Assembly: GCA_044869805.1 (NCBI GenBank) | Contig: JBIOXV010000172.1 | Span: 14,715-78,714 of the forward strand | Length of the DNA: 64,000 nt | DNA from: Thermoanaerobaculia bacterium | Lineage (GTDB): Bacteria; Acidobacteriota; Thermoanaerobaculia; Multivoradales; SZUA-115 | Direction: 5' to 3' | Part shown: positions 19,459 through 28,338 of the stretch, piece after piece | Position numbering within the stretch: the stretch's first letter is position 1 | Layout: each line of letters begins with the position of its first letter | Made by a program: the position numbers and the translations under genes | The notes under the pieces: generated by a model | What the model saw: the letters and a program-made list of their open reading frames with translations, nothing else | The model's database searches: none | Told to the model about the DNA's origin: nothing

Positions 19459-20651
19459 GCGTCCTTTCGCTGCGCGACCCGGTGCACGGCTTCATCCGTG
19501 CCGACGAGCTCGAGGCGGCGCTCATCGCCAGCGCGCCGGTGCAGCGGCTGCGCTTCATCCACCAGCTCGGCCTCTCGCACCTGGTCTTCCCCGGCGCCGA
19601 GCACAGCCGCTTCTCGCACGCGGTGGGCGCCATGGCGCTCGCCGGGCGGGTCTACGACCAGCTCGCGGCCAAGGGAGGCGGCCTGCTGCCGGACGACCGC
19701 CGGGCGCCGGAGCGCCGGCTGGTGCGGGCGGCGGCCCTGCTGCACGACATCGGCCACGCGCCCTACAGCCACTCGGCCGAGGAGCTGTTCGAGGAGGAGA
19801 TCGACCACGAGGAGATGACCCGTCGCCTGCTCGCCCTGCCCGAGGTGGAAAGCGCCTTTCGCAGTCACGGCCAGGGCCTGACGCCGGAGCACGTGCTCGC
19901 GCTGCTGGCCGGCGGCGAAGGGCCGACCGGCAGCCTGCTGGCGCAGATCGTTTCCGGCGAGCTCGACGTCGACAAGATGGACTACTTGCTGCGCGACAGC
20001 CTGTACTGCGGCGTGCGCTACGGCAACTACGACCTCGAGCGCCTGCTCGACACCATCGCGCCCCTGGCCGACGCCGAGGCCGGCCGCTGGGGGGTGGGGG
20101 TCGAGGAGGGCGGCGTGCACGCTCTCGAGGCGCTGGTGATGGCGCGCTACTACATGTTCACCCAGGTCTACTTCAACCTCACCAGCAAGGCGCTCGAGCT
20201 GCACTTGAACGAGTGGCTGCTGGCCGAGAACCGCCGTTGGCCGGCCGATCCGCGGGCCTTCCTCGCCGAGGACGACGTCTCGGTGCTGACCGCGATGCGG
20301 CGCTCGCCGAGCGTGCACGCGGCGGCAGTGGTGGAGCGCCGCCACTACCCGCTCGCCTACCAGACGCGGGAACACCTGTCGGCGGCCGACAACTCGCGCT
20401 TCCGCGCCCTGATCGCCGAGCTCTCGGCGGAGCTCGGCGCGGGCAGCCTGCTGATCTCGCACTCCTCGAAGGACTCGCACCGGCTGGGCAAGGCGCGGGT
20501 CCTGGTGCGGCGCCTCGACGGCGCGCTCGAGCCCATGGAACGCGCCAGCCACTTCATCGGCCACCTGCGGCGCATCGACCGCTTCCGGGTCTACACGCCG
20601 CCGGCGCTGGTCGACCAGGTGGCGGCGGCGATCAAGGAGCGCTGGGAGTAG
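19455..20651 (+). CDS. HD-domain phosphohydrolase (SAMHD1/COG1078-like)
   Basis: 398-aa ORF. The TTG start overlaps the upstream stop by 4 nt. It contains RFSHAVG...LLHDIGHAPYSH...DKMDYLLRD. Confidence 0.85.
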   Translation: MSVLSLRDPVHGFIRADELEAALIASAPVQRLRFIHQLGLSHLVFPGAEHSRFSHAVGAMALAGRVYDQLAAKGGGLLPDDRRAPERRLVRAAALLHDIGHAPYSHSAEELFEEEIDHEEMTRRLLALPEVESAFRSHGQGLTPEHVLALLAGGEGPTGSLLAQIVSGELDVDKMDYLLRDSLYCGVRYGNYDLERLLDTIAPLADAEAGRWGVGVEEGGVHALEALVMARYYMFTQVYFNLTSKALELHLNEWLLAENRRWPADPRAFLAEDDVSVLTAMRRSPSVHAAAVVERRHYPLAYQTREHLSAADNSRFRALIAELSAELGAGSLLISHSSKDSHRLGKARVLVRRLDGALEPMERASHFIGHLRRIDRFRVYTPPALVDQVAAAIKERWE

Positions 20652-20699
20652 GGGCGGCCCTCGTGGCCGCCCGTCCGAGGGCAGGCACAAGGCCTGCCC
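20652..20699. terminator. Two tandem GC hairpins between convergent genes (candidate bidirectional terminators)
   Basis: gggcggcc-ctcgt-ggccgccc (20652-20672) and gggcaggc-acaag-gcctgccc (20679-20699). Each has a perfect 8-bp stem. No U-tract. Confidence 0.45.
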
Positions 20700-20752
20700 C
20701 TACAGGGCCAGCAGGTGGCGCCCTCGCCCGGCGCCGGCGTGGTGGGGAACCC

Positions 20753-22336
20753 TCAACCCCAAGGCCACCACTTCTTCCAGCCGCGCGCCTCCCCCTTGCG
20801 CAGCAGCTTCTCCATCTCGTGGCGCTGCCCCGCCGCCGCGGGATCGTCGGCCAGGTTGTAGAGCTCGTCCGGGTCGGCCTGGTGGTCGTAGAGCTCGGCG
20901 CGCTCGCGGCTGCCCCACTCGGTGTACCGGAAGCGCTCGGTGCGCACCGTCCTCGCCAGCTCGTCCTCGCCGTCGCCGATCGAGAGCACGGTGTAGGCCG
21001 GGCGTTCCCAGGCCGCGGCCGGCTGGCGCAGCAGGGGCAGCAGGCTCTTGCCCTCGAGCCCCTCCGGCAGCGGCAGCCCGGCCAGCTCGGACAGCGTCGG
21101 GTAGAGGTCGAGGAGCTCGACCGGCCGCGGGCAACGCGCGCCGGCGGCGATGCCCGGCCCGGTCACCATCAGCGGCACCCGCACCGCCGGCTCGTAGAGC
21201 GCCCCCTTGCCCCACAGGCCGCCGTGCTCGCCGAGCAGGAAGCCGTGGTCGGAGGTCAGCACCACCACCGTGCTCTCCGCCAGGCCCAGCTTGTCCAGCG
21301 CCTCGAGCACCAGCCCGACCTGCGAGTCGACGTAGGACACCGAGGCGTAGTACGAGGCGATCACCCGGCGCTGCTCGTCGGGCGTCATCGACGGGAAGCT
21401 CGCTCGGGTGTGCACGGCGCGCGGCGGCACCGGGGGCGCGCCGGGCGGCGGCGCGATCGGCAGCTCGATCGACTCCGGCGGGTAGAGGGCGAAGAACTTC
21501 TCCGGCGCCTCGAAGGGCAGGTGCGGCCGGTGGAAGCCCAGGGCCATGAAGAACGGCTCCTCGCGGCGCTGCGAGCGCTTGAGCCAGCGCACGGCCTCCT
21601 CGGCCACGTGGTGGTCGCGGAGGTTCAACCTCGCCTCGGCGCCCTCGACCACGATGGGTGAGAGCAGGCGGTTCTCGCCCTCGCCGTCGTCAGCCGCCGG
21701 GTCCTCGTGGCGCTGCGGCGCCGCCCGGCCCTCCTCCCCGGCTCGCGCGGAGGCTCTGGCATTCGGCTCGTCCCGGGCGCTCGGCTCGCGCTTGGCGCCG
21801 GCCTGGGACGCCTCACCCAGCTTGAGCTTGGCGAGCGGCCGGTTGAGCTTGCCGACCACATCCCACTCGATGGCGCCCTCGAAGGCGACGCCGTGCAGGA
21901 TCTTGCCGGCGCGCATGGTCCAGTAGCCATGCTGCCGGAAATGGGTCGGCAGCGAGACGTTCTCCGCCAAGGCACGGGCGGGAGGCGTGCGCATGGAGAG
22001 CACGCCGAGGGTCTGCGGCCGGCGTCCCGCCAGGAACGAGGTCCGCGAGGGATTGCACAGCGGGTACTGGCAGTAGGCGCGCTCGAAGACCACGCCGCGA
22101 GCGGCCAGGCGGTCGACGCTCGGTGTCGAAACCCGCGCGTTGCCGTAGGCGCCGAGCGCGGTGTTGAGGTCGTCGACGACCATCAGCAGCACGTTGGGCC
22201 GCGGCCCGGCGGGCGCCGGCGCGGAGGCCATCTCGCCGCGGCAACCCGAGAGCAGACCACCCAGGGACAGGCAGCCCAGCAGCACCAGGGCCGCGAGCGG
22301 ACCGACACGACAAGCCTTCACTCGGGCCTCTTTCAT
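20753..22336 (-). CDS. Cys-type sulfatase (lipoprotein)
   Basis: 527-aa ORF with lipobox LLSGC. The sulfatase N-terminus reads NVLLMVVDDLN and the FGly motif is CNPSRTSFLAGR. A charged low-complexity insert (EPSARDEPNARASARAGEEGRAAPQRHEDPAADDGEGE) is present. Confidence 0.9.
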   Translation of the reverse strand: MKEARVKACRVGPLAALVLLGCLSLGGLLSGCRGEMASAPAPAGPRPNVLLMVVDDLNTALGAYGNARVSTPSVDRLAARGVVFERAYCQYPLCNPSRTSFLAGRRPQTLGVLSMRTPPARALAENVSLPTHFRQHGYWTMRAGKILHGVAFEGAIEWDVVGKLNRPLAKLKLGEASQAGAKREPSARDEPNARASARAGEEGRAAPQRHEDPAADDGEGENRLLSPIVVEGAEARLNLRDHHVAEEAVRWLKRSQRREEPFFMALGFHRPHLPFEAPEKFFALYPPESIELPIAPPPGAPPVPPRAVHTRASFPSMTPDEQRRVIASYYASVSYVDSQVGLVLEALDKLGLAESTVVVLTSDHGFLLGEHGGLWGKGALYEPAVRVPLMVTGPGIAAGARCPRPVELLDLYPTLSELAGLPLPEGLEGKSLLPLLRQPAAAWERPAYTVLSIGDGEDELARTVRTERFRYTEWGSRERAELYDHQADPDELYNLADDPAAAGQRHEMEKLLRKGEARGWKKWWPWG

Positions 22337-22351
22337 TCGTCAACCCCCAGA

Positions 22352-23236
22352 CTAGCCCGCACAGCGGAACCCCAGGCTGTTGAGGCCACTGTCCGGCGTC
22401 GCCTGGCTGCGCGCCGCCACGCGGTAGCCCGTGCAGTAGTTCTCGCTGCACAGGAACGAGCCGCCGCGGATCGACCGCGCCTCGCCGGTGGCCGGGCCTC
22501 GCGGGTCGTCGCGCGGGCTCTCGGCGTAGTAGCCGGGGTCGTACCAGTCGGCCGTCCATTCCCAGACGTTGCCGGTCATGTCGTAGAGCCCGAGGCCGTT
22601 GGGCGGGAAGCTCTCGACCGGGGCGCGGCTCACGAATCCGTCCTCCCCCTCGTCCCCGAGCGGGAAGCTGCCCTGGTAGACGTTGGTGTGGTGCCTGCCC
22701 TCGGCCAGCAGCTCGTCGCCCCAGCCGTAGGCCCTGCCCTCCAGCCCGCCGCGCGCCGCGAGCTCGAACTCGGCCTCGGTGGGCAGGCGGCCGCCGCGCC
22801 AGCGGCAGAAGGCGACGGCGTCGTTCCAGGAGACCTGCGTCACCGGCTCTCTCTCCTGCGCTCGCCGCCCAGGCCCCTCCGGCTCCCTCCAGCTCGCACC
22901 GTCGACCTTCGTCCACTCGCCACGCTGTGCATCGAAGGCGCCCGACCAGCCGAAGCCCTCGGCCTCGGTCCGGTAGCCGGTAGCCTCGACGAAGCGGGCG
23001 AACTCGCCGACCGTGACCTCGTGGCGGTCGATGGCGAAGGGCTGCAAGCGGACCTCGTGCACCGGGCCTTCGTAGGGAAAGCCTTGGTCCGTGCCCATGT
23101 GGAACGAGCCGCCTGCGATGCGCACCATGGATGCGGTGGCCAGGGATCCCCCGGCGGCCGGCGGCGCCGGGGCGCCGCAGGAGCAGGCGAGCAGCGCAGC
23201 GGTCAGCAGGGCGACGGCAGGGCAGCGGCAGCTCAT
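22352..23236 (-). CDS. Formylglycine-generating enzyme (SUMF1/FGE family, lipoprotein)
   Basis: 294-aa ORF with lipobox LLACSC. It contains HEVTVGEFARFV, GNVWEWTADWY and RGGSF...LGFRCA. Its ATG overlaps the upstream stop (ATGA). Confidence 0.9.
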   Translation of the reverse strand: MSCRCPAVALLTAALLACSCGAPAPPAAGGSLATASMVRIAGGSFHMGTDQGFPYEGPVHEVRLQPFAIDRHEVTVGEFARFVEATGYRTEAEGFGWSGAFDAQRGEWTKVDGASWREPEGPGRRAQEREPVTQVSWNDAVAFCRWRGGRLPTEAEFELAARGGLEGRAYGWGDELLAEGRHHTNVYQGSFPLGDEGEDGFVSRAPVESFPPNGLGLYDMTGNVWEWTADWYDPGYYAESPRDDPRGPATGEARSIRGGSFLCSENYCTGYRVAARSQATPDSGLNSLGFRCAG

Positions 23237-24138
23237 CGCAGCAAGTCCCGGAGCGCCGCTTCGAGGTCGGGGAAGCGGAACGAGAAGCCGAGCTCTGCGA
23301 GGCGTCTGGGTACGGCCCGCTGGCTGACCAGCAGGGCGTCGGCCATCTCGCCCAGCGCCAGCCGCACGGCGAAGGACGGGGCGGGCAGGAGGCTCGGGCG
23401 CCGCAGCACCCGGCCCAGGGTGCGCGCCAGCTCGCGCGCGGTGACGGGCCGGGGTGCGGTCAGGTTGAAGGGGCCGCTCGCGGTCTCGTGCGCGAGCAGG
23501 AAGCGGATGGCGGCAACGTGGTCGGCGACGTGGATCCAGGGCCGCCAGGCATCGGCGCCGCCCACCGTTCCGCCGGCGAAGAGGCGGAACGGCAGCGCCA
23601 GCCGGGGCAGCGCGCCACCCTCCCGCGCCAGCACCATGGCGGTGCGCAGCACGGCGCGCCGCACGCCAAGCGCCTCGACGTCGGCCGTCACCGCCTCCCA
23701 GTCGCGGCAGACCTCGGCCAGGAACCCCGACCCCAGGGGCGAGCCCTCGTCGAGCTCGCGGGCGCCGCCGTCGCCGTAGCAGCCTACCCCCGAAGCCTGC
23801 AGCAGCACCCGCGGCTTCTCCTCCGCCTGCTCCACGGCGGCGAGCACCGCCTCGCCGGAGCGCACGCGGCTGTCGTAGATGCGGCGCTTGCGAGCCGCCG
23901 TCCAGCGGCCGGCGCCGATGTTCTCGCCCGCCAGGTGGACGATCGCCGCGCCGGCCACCAGGTGGCCCCAGCCGGTGGCGGTCTTGGCGTCCCAGCCCAC
24001 GGCCCGCACCCCCGGCGGCAGGGCCCCGGCGGCCGACGGGTCGCGGGTCAGCACCACGACTTCGTGGCCGCCGGCCGCGAGCTCGCGCCGCAGGTGGCTG
24101 CCGATCAGGCCGGTGCCGCCGGTGATGAGAACGCGCAT
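23233..24138 (-). CDS. TIGR01777-type NAD-dependent epimerase/dehydratase (YfcH-like)
   Basis: It begins MRVLITGGTGLIGSHL (Rossmann fold) and has a C-terminal DUF1731-like region (PSFAVRLALGEMADALLVSQR). I chose the start at the ATG 24138. Confidence 0.85.
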   Translation of the reverse strand: MRVLITGGTGLIGSHLRRELAAGGHEVVVLTRDPSAAGALPPGVRAVGWDAKTATGWGHLVAGAAIVHLAGENIGAGRWTAARKRRIYDSRVRSGEAVLAAVEQAEEKPRVLLQASGVGCYGDGGARELDEGSPLGSGFLAEVCRDWEAVTADVEALGVRRAVLRTAMVLAREGGALPRLALPFRLFAGGTVGGADAWRPWIHVADHVAAIRFLLAHETASGPFNLTAPRPVTARELARTLGRVLRRPSLLPAPSFAVRLALGEMADALLVSQRAVPRRLAELGFSFRFPDLEAALRDLLR

Positions 24139-24193
24139 CGAAGAGTTAGAGCGCTGAACGAGGCCACGAGACAAACCGTCGCGAGCGGGTGGC

Positions 24194-25939
24194 TCATACC
24201 ACTGCCAGTTCCTCTTCGAGCTGCTGCCTGCGCTCCAGGTCCGCGTAGTAGCCGCCGCGGGCCACCAGCTCGCCGTGGGTGCCGCGCTCGACGATCCGCC
24301 CCTGCTCGAGCACCACGATCTGGTCCGCCGACTTGACGGTGGACACGCGGTGCGAGACCAGGAACACCGTGCGGCCGGCGAAGATGCGCCGCAGGTTGGC
24401 GAGGATCTTCTCCTCGGTATGGGTGTCGACCGCCGACAGGCAGTCGTCGAGCAGCAGAATACGCGGCCGGCGCAGCAGGGCGCGGGCCAGCGCCACGCGC
24501 TGCTTCTGGCCGCCGGAGAGCGTGATCCCCCGCTCCCCCACCATGGTCTCGAGGCCGCGCGGGAAGCCGGCCAAGTCCTCGTCGAGGCCGGCGAGCAGCG
24601 CCGCCTCGAGCACCTGCTCGTCGCTCGCCTCCGGCACGCCGAGGGCGATGTTGTCGCGCACCGTGGCCGAGAACAGGAAGGTCTCCTGCGGCACCATGCC
24701 GATCGCGGCGCGCAAGGTGGCGAGCGGAAGCTGGCGCACGTCGATGCCGTCCACCGCCAGGGTGGCGGGCGGCGGGTCGATCAGCCGCGGGACGAGCGAC
24801 AGCAGCGTGCTCTTGCCCGAGCCGGTGCGGCCGACGATCGCCACCGTGCTGCCGGCCGGCGCGTCGAGGTCGAGCCCCAAGAGCACCGGCGCTCCCTCGC
24901 CGTAGGCGAAGTCGAGCTCCCGGAAGCGCACCGCGCCGCGAATGGTGTGGCCGGCGAAGGCCTCGCTGCCGGCCAAGTCGGCGATCGCCGGCTCGATCTC
25001 CATCACCTCGCGGATGCGGCCCAGCGAAGCCGTGCCGCGCTCGACCAGGTTCGAGACCCAGCCGACGGCGATCATCGGCCACACCATGCGGCCGAGGAAG
25101 AAGTTGAAGGTCACGAACTCGCCGACGCTGATCGCGCCCTGGCGCACCAGCAGGCCGCCATAGCCGAGCACCACCACGTAGCCCAGGCCGATCAGCCCTT
25201 CGAGCGCCGGCATGAAGGCGGCGTTCCAGCGGATAAGGCTGCGGTTGGCCTCGACGTTGGCGCGGTTGGCGCGGTCGAAGCTCGCCTCCTCGAAGCGCTC
25301 GCGGGCATAGGCGCGCACCACTCGCACCCCGGCCAGGTGCTCCTGCACCCGTGCCGAGAGCGAGGAGAACCGCTCCTGCACGGTGGTGAAGAGCTGGTGG
25401 ATGCGGGTGCCGAACCCGCGCGTGGCCACCGCCGTGAGCGGCATGGTGGCGAGCGCCGCCAGCGCCAGCAGGGGGTGGATTCGCAGCATGAAGAACAGCG
25501 ACCCGAGGCCGGTGAACAACGTGTTGCCGGCGTACATGATCGCCGGCCCGCAGATCATGCGCACCGCCGAGAGATCGTTGGTGGCGCGCGCCATCAGGTC
25601 GCCGGTCTGGCGGTTCTGGAAGAAGGACAACGGCTGCTTCTCGAGGTGGGCGAAAAAGCGGGTGATCATGTCGCGCTCGATCGAACGGCTCATGGTCACC
25701 AGGATCATGCGCTGCAGGTAGGTGAACAGGCCGCGCACCGCCGCCACCCCGATCAGCAGGCCGGCGTAGAGCAGGATCGTGCGACTCGAGAGCTCGGCGG
25801 TGAGCGCGTCCACGGCGCGGCCGAGCAGGATCGGCGAGGCGAGCCCCACCACCGAGGCGGCGAGGATCGCCGCCATGCCCGCGGTGAGCGATCCCCGATA
25901 GCGGCGGAAGTAGGGAAGGAGGTAAGAGAGCTTCTTCAT
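24194..25939 (-). CDS. ABC exporter, fused permease/ATPase (MsbA/multidrug type)
   Basis: Six TM helices precede the NBD, which has Walker A (GRTGSGKST), the signature (LSGGQKQR) and Walker B (ILLLDD). I chose the start at MKKLSYLLPYF (ATG 25939). Confidence 0.9.
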   Translation of the reverse strand: MKKLSYLLPYFRRYRGSLTAGMAAILAASVVGLASPILLGRAVDALTAELSSRTILLYAGLLIGVAAVRGLFTYLQRMILVTMSRSIERDMITRFFAHLEKQPLSFFQNRQTGDLMARATNDLSAVRMICGPAIMYAGNTLFTGLGSLFFMLRIHPLLALAALATMPLTAVATRGFGTRIHQLFTTVQERFSSLSARVQEHLAGVRVVRAYARERFEEASFDRANRANVEANRSLIRWNAAFMPALEGLIGLGYVVVLGYGGLLVRQGAISVGEFVTFNFFLGRMVWPMIAVGWVSNLVERGTASLGRIREVMEIEPAIADLAGSEAFAGHTIRGAVRFRELDFAYGEGAPVLLGLDLDAPAGSTVAIVGRTGSGKSTLLSLVPRLIDPPPATLAVDGIDVRQLPLATLRAAIGMVPQETFLFSATVRDNIALGVPEASDEQVLEAALLAGLDEDLAGFPRGLETMVGERGITLSGGQKQRVALARALLRRPRILLLDDCLSAVDTHTEEKILANLRRIFAGRTVFLVSHRVSTVKSADQIVVLEQGRIVERGTHGELVARGGYYADLERRQQLEEELAVV

Positions 25940-25999
25940 AGGCGAGCCCCGGCGAGACGAGCGCAAAGGATACTACGGTGCCCGGAGTCACCCCGGCAC

Positions 26000-26005
26000 T
26001 ACAAT
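26000..26005 (+). promoter_or_regulatory. -10-like hexamer 8 nt upstream of the selD-fusion ATG (possible leaderless transcript)
   Basis: TACAAT at 26000-26005, then cgccgccg, then the ATG at 26014. No SD is visible. Confidence 0.25.
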
Positions 26006-26013
26006 CGCCGCCG

Positions 26014-28326
26014 ATGCCGGACCCGAGCCGTACCGCGCCGCGTGCGCAGGAGCCCGTCGAGCTGGTGCTGGTCGGCGCCGGCCACTCGCACGTGCAGGTG
26101 CTGCGCTCCTTCGCCATGGAGCCCCCTTCCGGCGCACGGGTCACGCTGGTCGTCGACACGCCGCTCGCCGTCTACTCGGGCATGGTGCCGGGCTTCGTGG
26201 CCGGCCAGTATCGGGCCGCGGAGCTCGAGATCGACGCCGTGCCGCTGGCGCGGCGGGCCGGCGCGAGGGTGATCCTGGCGCGCTGCTCGGGGATCGACCC
26301 GGTGGCGCGGCGCATCGAGCTCGAGGGACGGCCCGCGATCCCCTACGACCTGGCCTCGCTCGACGTCGGCTCCACCGTTGCCGGCCTAGAGCTGCCCGGC
26401 GTCGCGGCCCGCGCCATCCCCACGCGGCCGATCGGCCGCTTCGTGGGCCGGGTGGCCGCGGTGGAGGAGGCGGCGCGGGCCGCGTTCCGGTCGCGGGCGC
26501 CCTTTCGGGTGGTGATAGTGGGCGGCGGCGCCGGCGGCGTGGAGCTCGCTGCCACCATCCGCACCCGGCTGGAGAGCGGGCCGCGCGAGGAAGGCAGCCG
26601 CCTGGAGGTCTTCCTGGTCGACGGCGATGCGCGCCTGCTCCCCGGCTATCCCGAGCGCCTGGCGCGCCGCGTCGAGCGGGCGCTCGCGCGGCGAGGTGTC
26701 CAGCTCCTCACCGGCCGCACGGTGCTCGCGGCCGAGGACGGCGCGGTCCTCCTCGACGACGGCTCGCGCCTGCCTTGCGACGCGCTCCTCTGGGTGACCG
26801 GAGCGGCCAGCTTTCCCCTCTTCCAGCCCTCGGGCCTCGCCACCGACTCGCGGGGTTTCGTGCTCACCCGGCCGACGCTGCAGGTGATCGGCCACGACGA
26901 CCTGTTCGCGGCCGGCGACTGCTCCACGCTTGCCGACTACCCCGCCACCCGCAAGGCCGGTGTGTACGCTGTGCGCCAGGGCCCGGTGCTGACCCGCAAC
27001 CTGCGCGCCGTCCTGGCCGGCGGCCCGGGCGCGCCGCTCGAGCGCTATCGCCCGCAGACCGATTTCCTGACCCTCCTCAACCTGGGGGACGGCACCGCCG
27101 TGGGCGCCAAGTGGGGCCTCTCCTTCGAGGGCCGCTGGATGATGCGGTGGAAGGACTGGATCGACCGCCGCTTCATGCGCCGCTTCCAGATGCTGGCACC
27201 CGACGGGGCGCCCGGGCCGGCGCTGGCCACCATGCCGCCGATGGAGGGCGCCATGGAGCCGGTGTGCGGCGGCTGCGCCGCGAAGCTCTCACAGGACGCC
27301 CTGGCGCGCGCCCTCGGACGCCTCGGAGCGTCGCCGGCCGCGCCCGAGGTGGTGCTCGGTCTCGCCGAGGCCGACGACGCCGCGGCCTTTCGCACCCCGG
27401 GCGGCGAGCTGCTGGTGGCGAGCGTCGACTCCTTCCGCGCCTTCACCGACGACCCCTACCTGGTCGGCCGGGTGGCGGCGGCCAACGCCGTCTCCGACCT
27501 CGAGGCCAAGGGAGTGGCGCCGCGCTGGGCCCTGGCCCTGGTGGCGCTGCCGCTCGCGGCCGGCGAGCGCGAGGCCGAGGAGACGCTCCTCCAGGTGCTC
27601 GCCGGCGCGCGCGCCGCCTTCGACCCGCTGGGCGTGCGCCTGGTGGGCGGCCACACCAGCCGCGCCACCGAGCTGCAGGTGGGCTTCAGCGTGCAGGGGA
27701 TCGCGGCCTCGGAAGGCGAGCTGCTGCGCCGGCACGGCCGGCTCGAGGCCGGCCAGGCCCTGGTCCTCACCCGGCCCCTCGGCACCGGCGTGCTCCTCCA
27801 CGCCGACATGGCCGGTCGGGCGCGCGGGCCGTGGCTCACGGCCGCCCTCGCCTCGATGCTCACCGGCAACGGCACCGCGGCCGGGGTCGCCCGCGAGGCG
27901 GGGGCCACGGCCTCGACCGACGTCACCGGCTTCGGCCTCGCCGGCCACTTGGTGGCGATGCTCGCCGGGAGCGGCCTCGCTGCCCGCCTGGAGCTCGCCT
28001 CGCTGCCCGCCCTGCCCGGCGCCCTCGAGCTCCTGGCCCGCGGCGAGCGCAGCACCTTTCACGACGAGAACGCCCGCCTGCGCCGCGCCCTGGCCATCCC
28101 CGCGGCCGCGGCCGGCGACCCGCGCCTCGAGCTGCTGTTCGATCCCCAGACCGCCGGCGGGCTGTTGCTGGCGCTGCCGGCCGCGGCGGCGCCGGAAGCG
28201 GTCTCCCGCCTGCGCGCCGCAGGCTGTCTCCAGGCGGCCGTGATCGGCGACATCACGCCGGGCAGGGCCGACGGCGCCGTGGCAGAGGTCATCGTCGCGT
28301 CCGTGGCTCGGTCCCCTGCTTCCTGA
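26014..28326 (+). CDS. selD: Fusion of an FAD/NAD(P)-dependent pyridine nucleotide-disulfide oxidoreductase and selenide, water dikinase
   Basis: The N-terminal half has two Rossmann motifs (LVLVGAGHSH, VVIVGGGAGGVE). The C-terminal half is SelD-like: PVCGGCAAKL (Cys/Lys glycine-rich loop), DDAAAF, VAAANAVSDLEAKG, DVTGFGLAGHL and DPQTAGGLL. Confidence 0.88.
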   Translation: MPDPSRTAPRAQEPVELVLVGAGHSHVQVLRSFAMEPPSGARVTLVVDTPLAVYSGMVPGFVAGQYRAAELEIDAVPLARRAGARVILARCSGIDPVARRIELEGRPAIPYDLASLDVGSTVAGLELPGVAARAIPTRPIGRFVGRVAAVEEAARAAFRSRAPFRVVIVGGGAGGVELAATIRTRLESGPREEGSRLEVFLVDGDARLLPGYPERLARRVERALARRGVQLLTGRTVLAAEDGAVLLDDGSRLPCDALLWVTGAASFPLFQPSGLATDSRGFVLTRPTLQVIGHDDLFAAGDCSTLADYPATRKAGVYAVRQGPVLTRNLRAVLAGGPGAPLERYRPQTDFLTLLNLGDGTAVGAKWGLSFEGRWMMRWKDWIDRRFMRRFQMLAPDGAPGPALATMPPMEGAMEPVCGGCAAKLSQDALARALGRLGASPAAPEVVLGLAEADDAAAFRTPGGELLVASVDSFRAFTDDPYLVGRVAAANAVSDLEAKGVAPRWALALVALPLAAGEREAEETLLQVLAGARAAFDPLGVRLVGGHTSRATELQVGFSVQGIAASEGELLRRHGRLEAGQALVLTRPLGTGVLLHADMAGRARGPWLTAALASMLTGNGTAAGVAREAGATASTDVTGFGLAGHLVAMLAGSGLAARLELASLPALPGALELLARGERSTFHDENARLRRALAIPAAAAGDPRLELLFDPQTAGGLLLALPAAAAPEAVSRLRAAGCLQAAVIGDITPGRADGAVAEVIVASVARSPAS

Positions 28327-28338
28327 TCTCTCGCCGCC

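Noticed and set aside
21707-23779. 690-aa plus-strand ORF. Comparable shadow ORFs occur at 28804-30858, 19098-20690, 24275-26272 and 40791-41678.
   Set aside because: They are antisense or alternate-frame copies of well-supported genes (sulfatase/FGE, ADOP permease, HD protein, ABC exporter, S51-like protein), with low-complexity translations.
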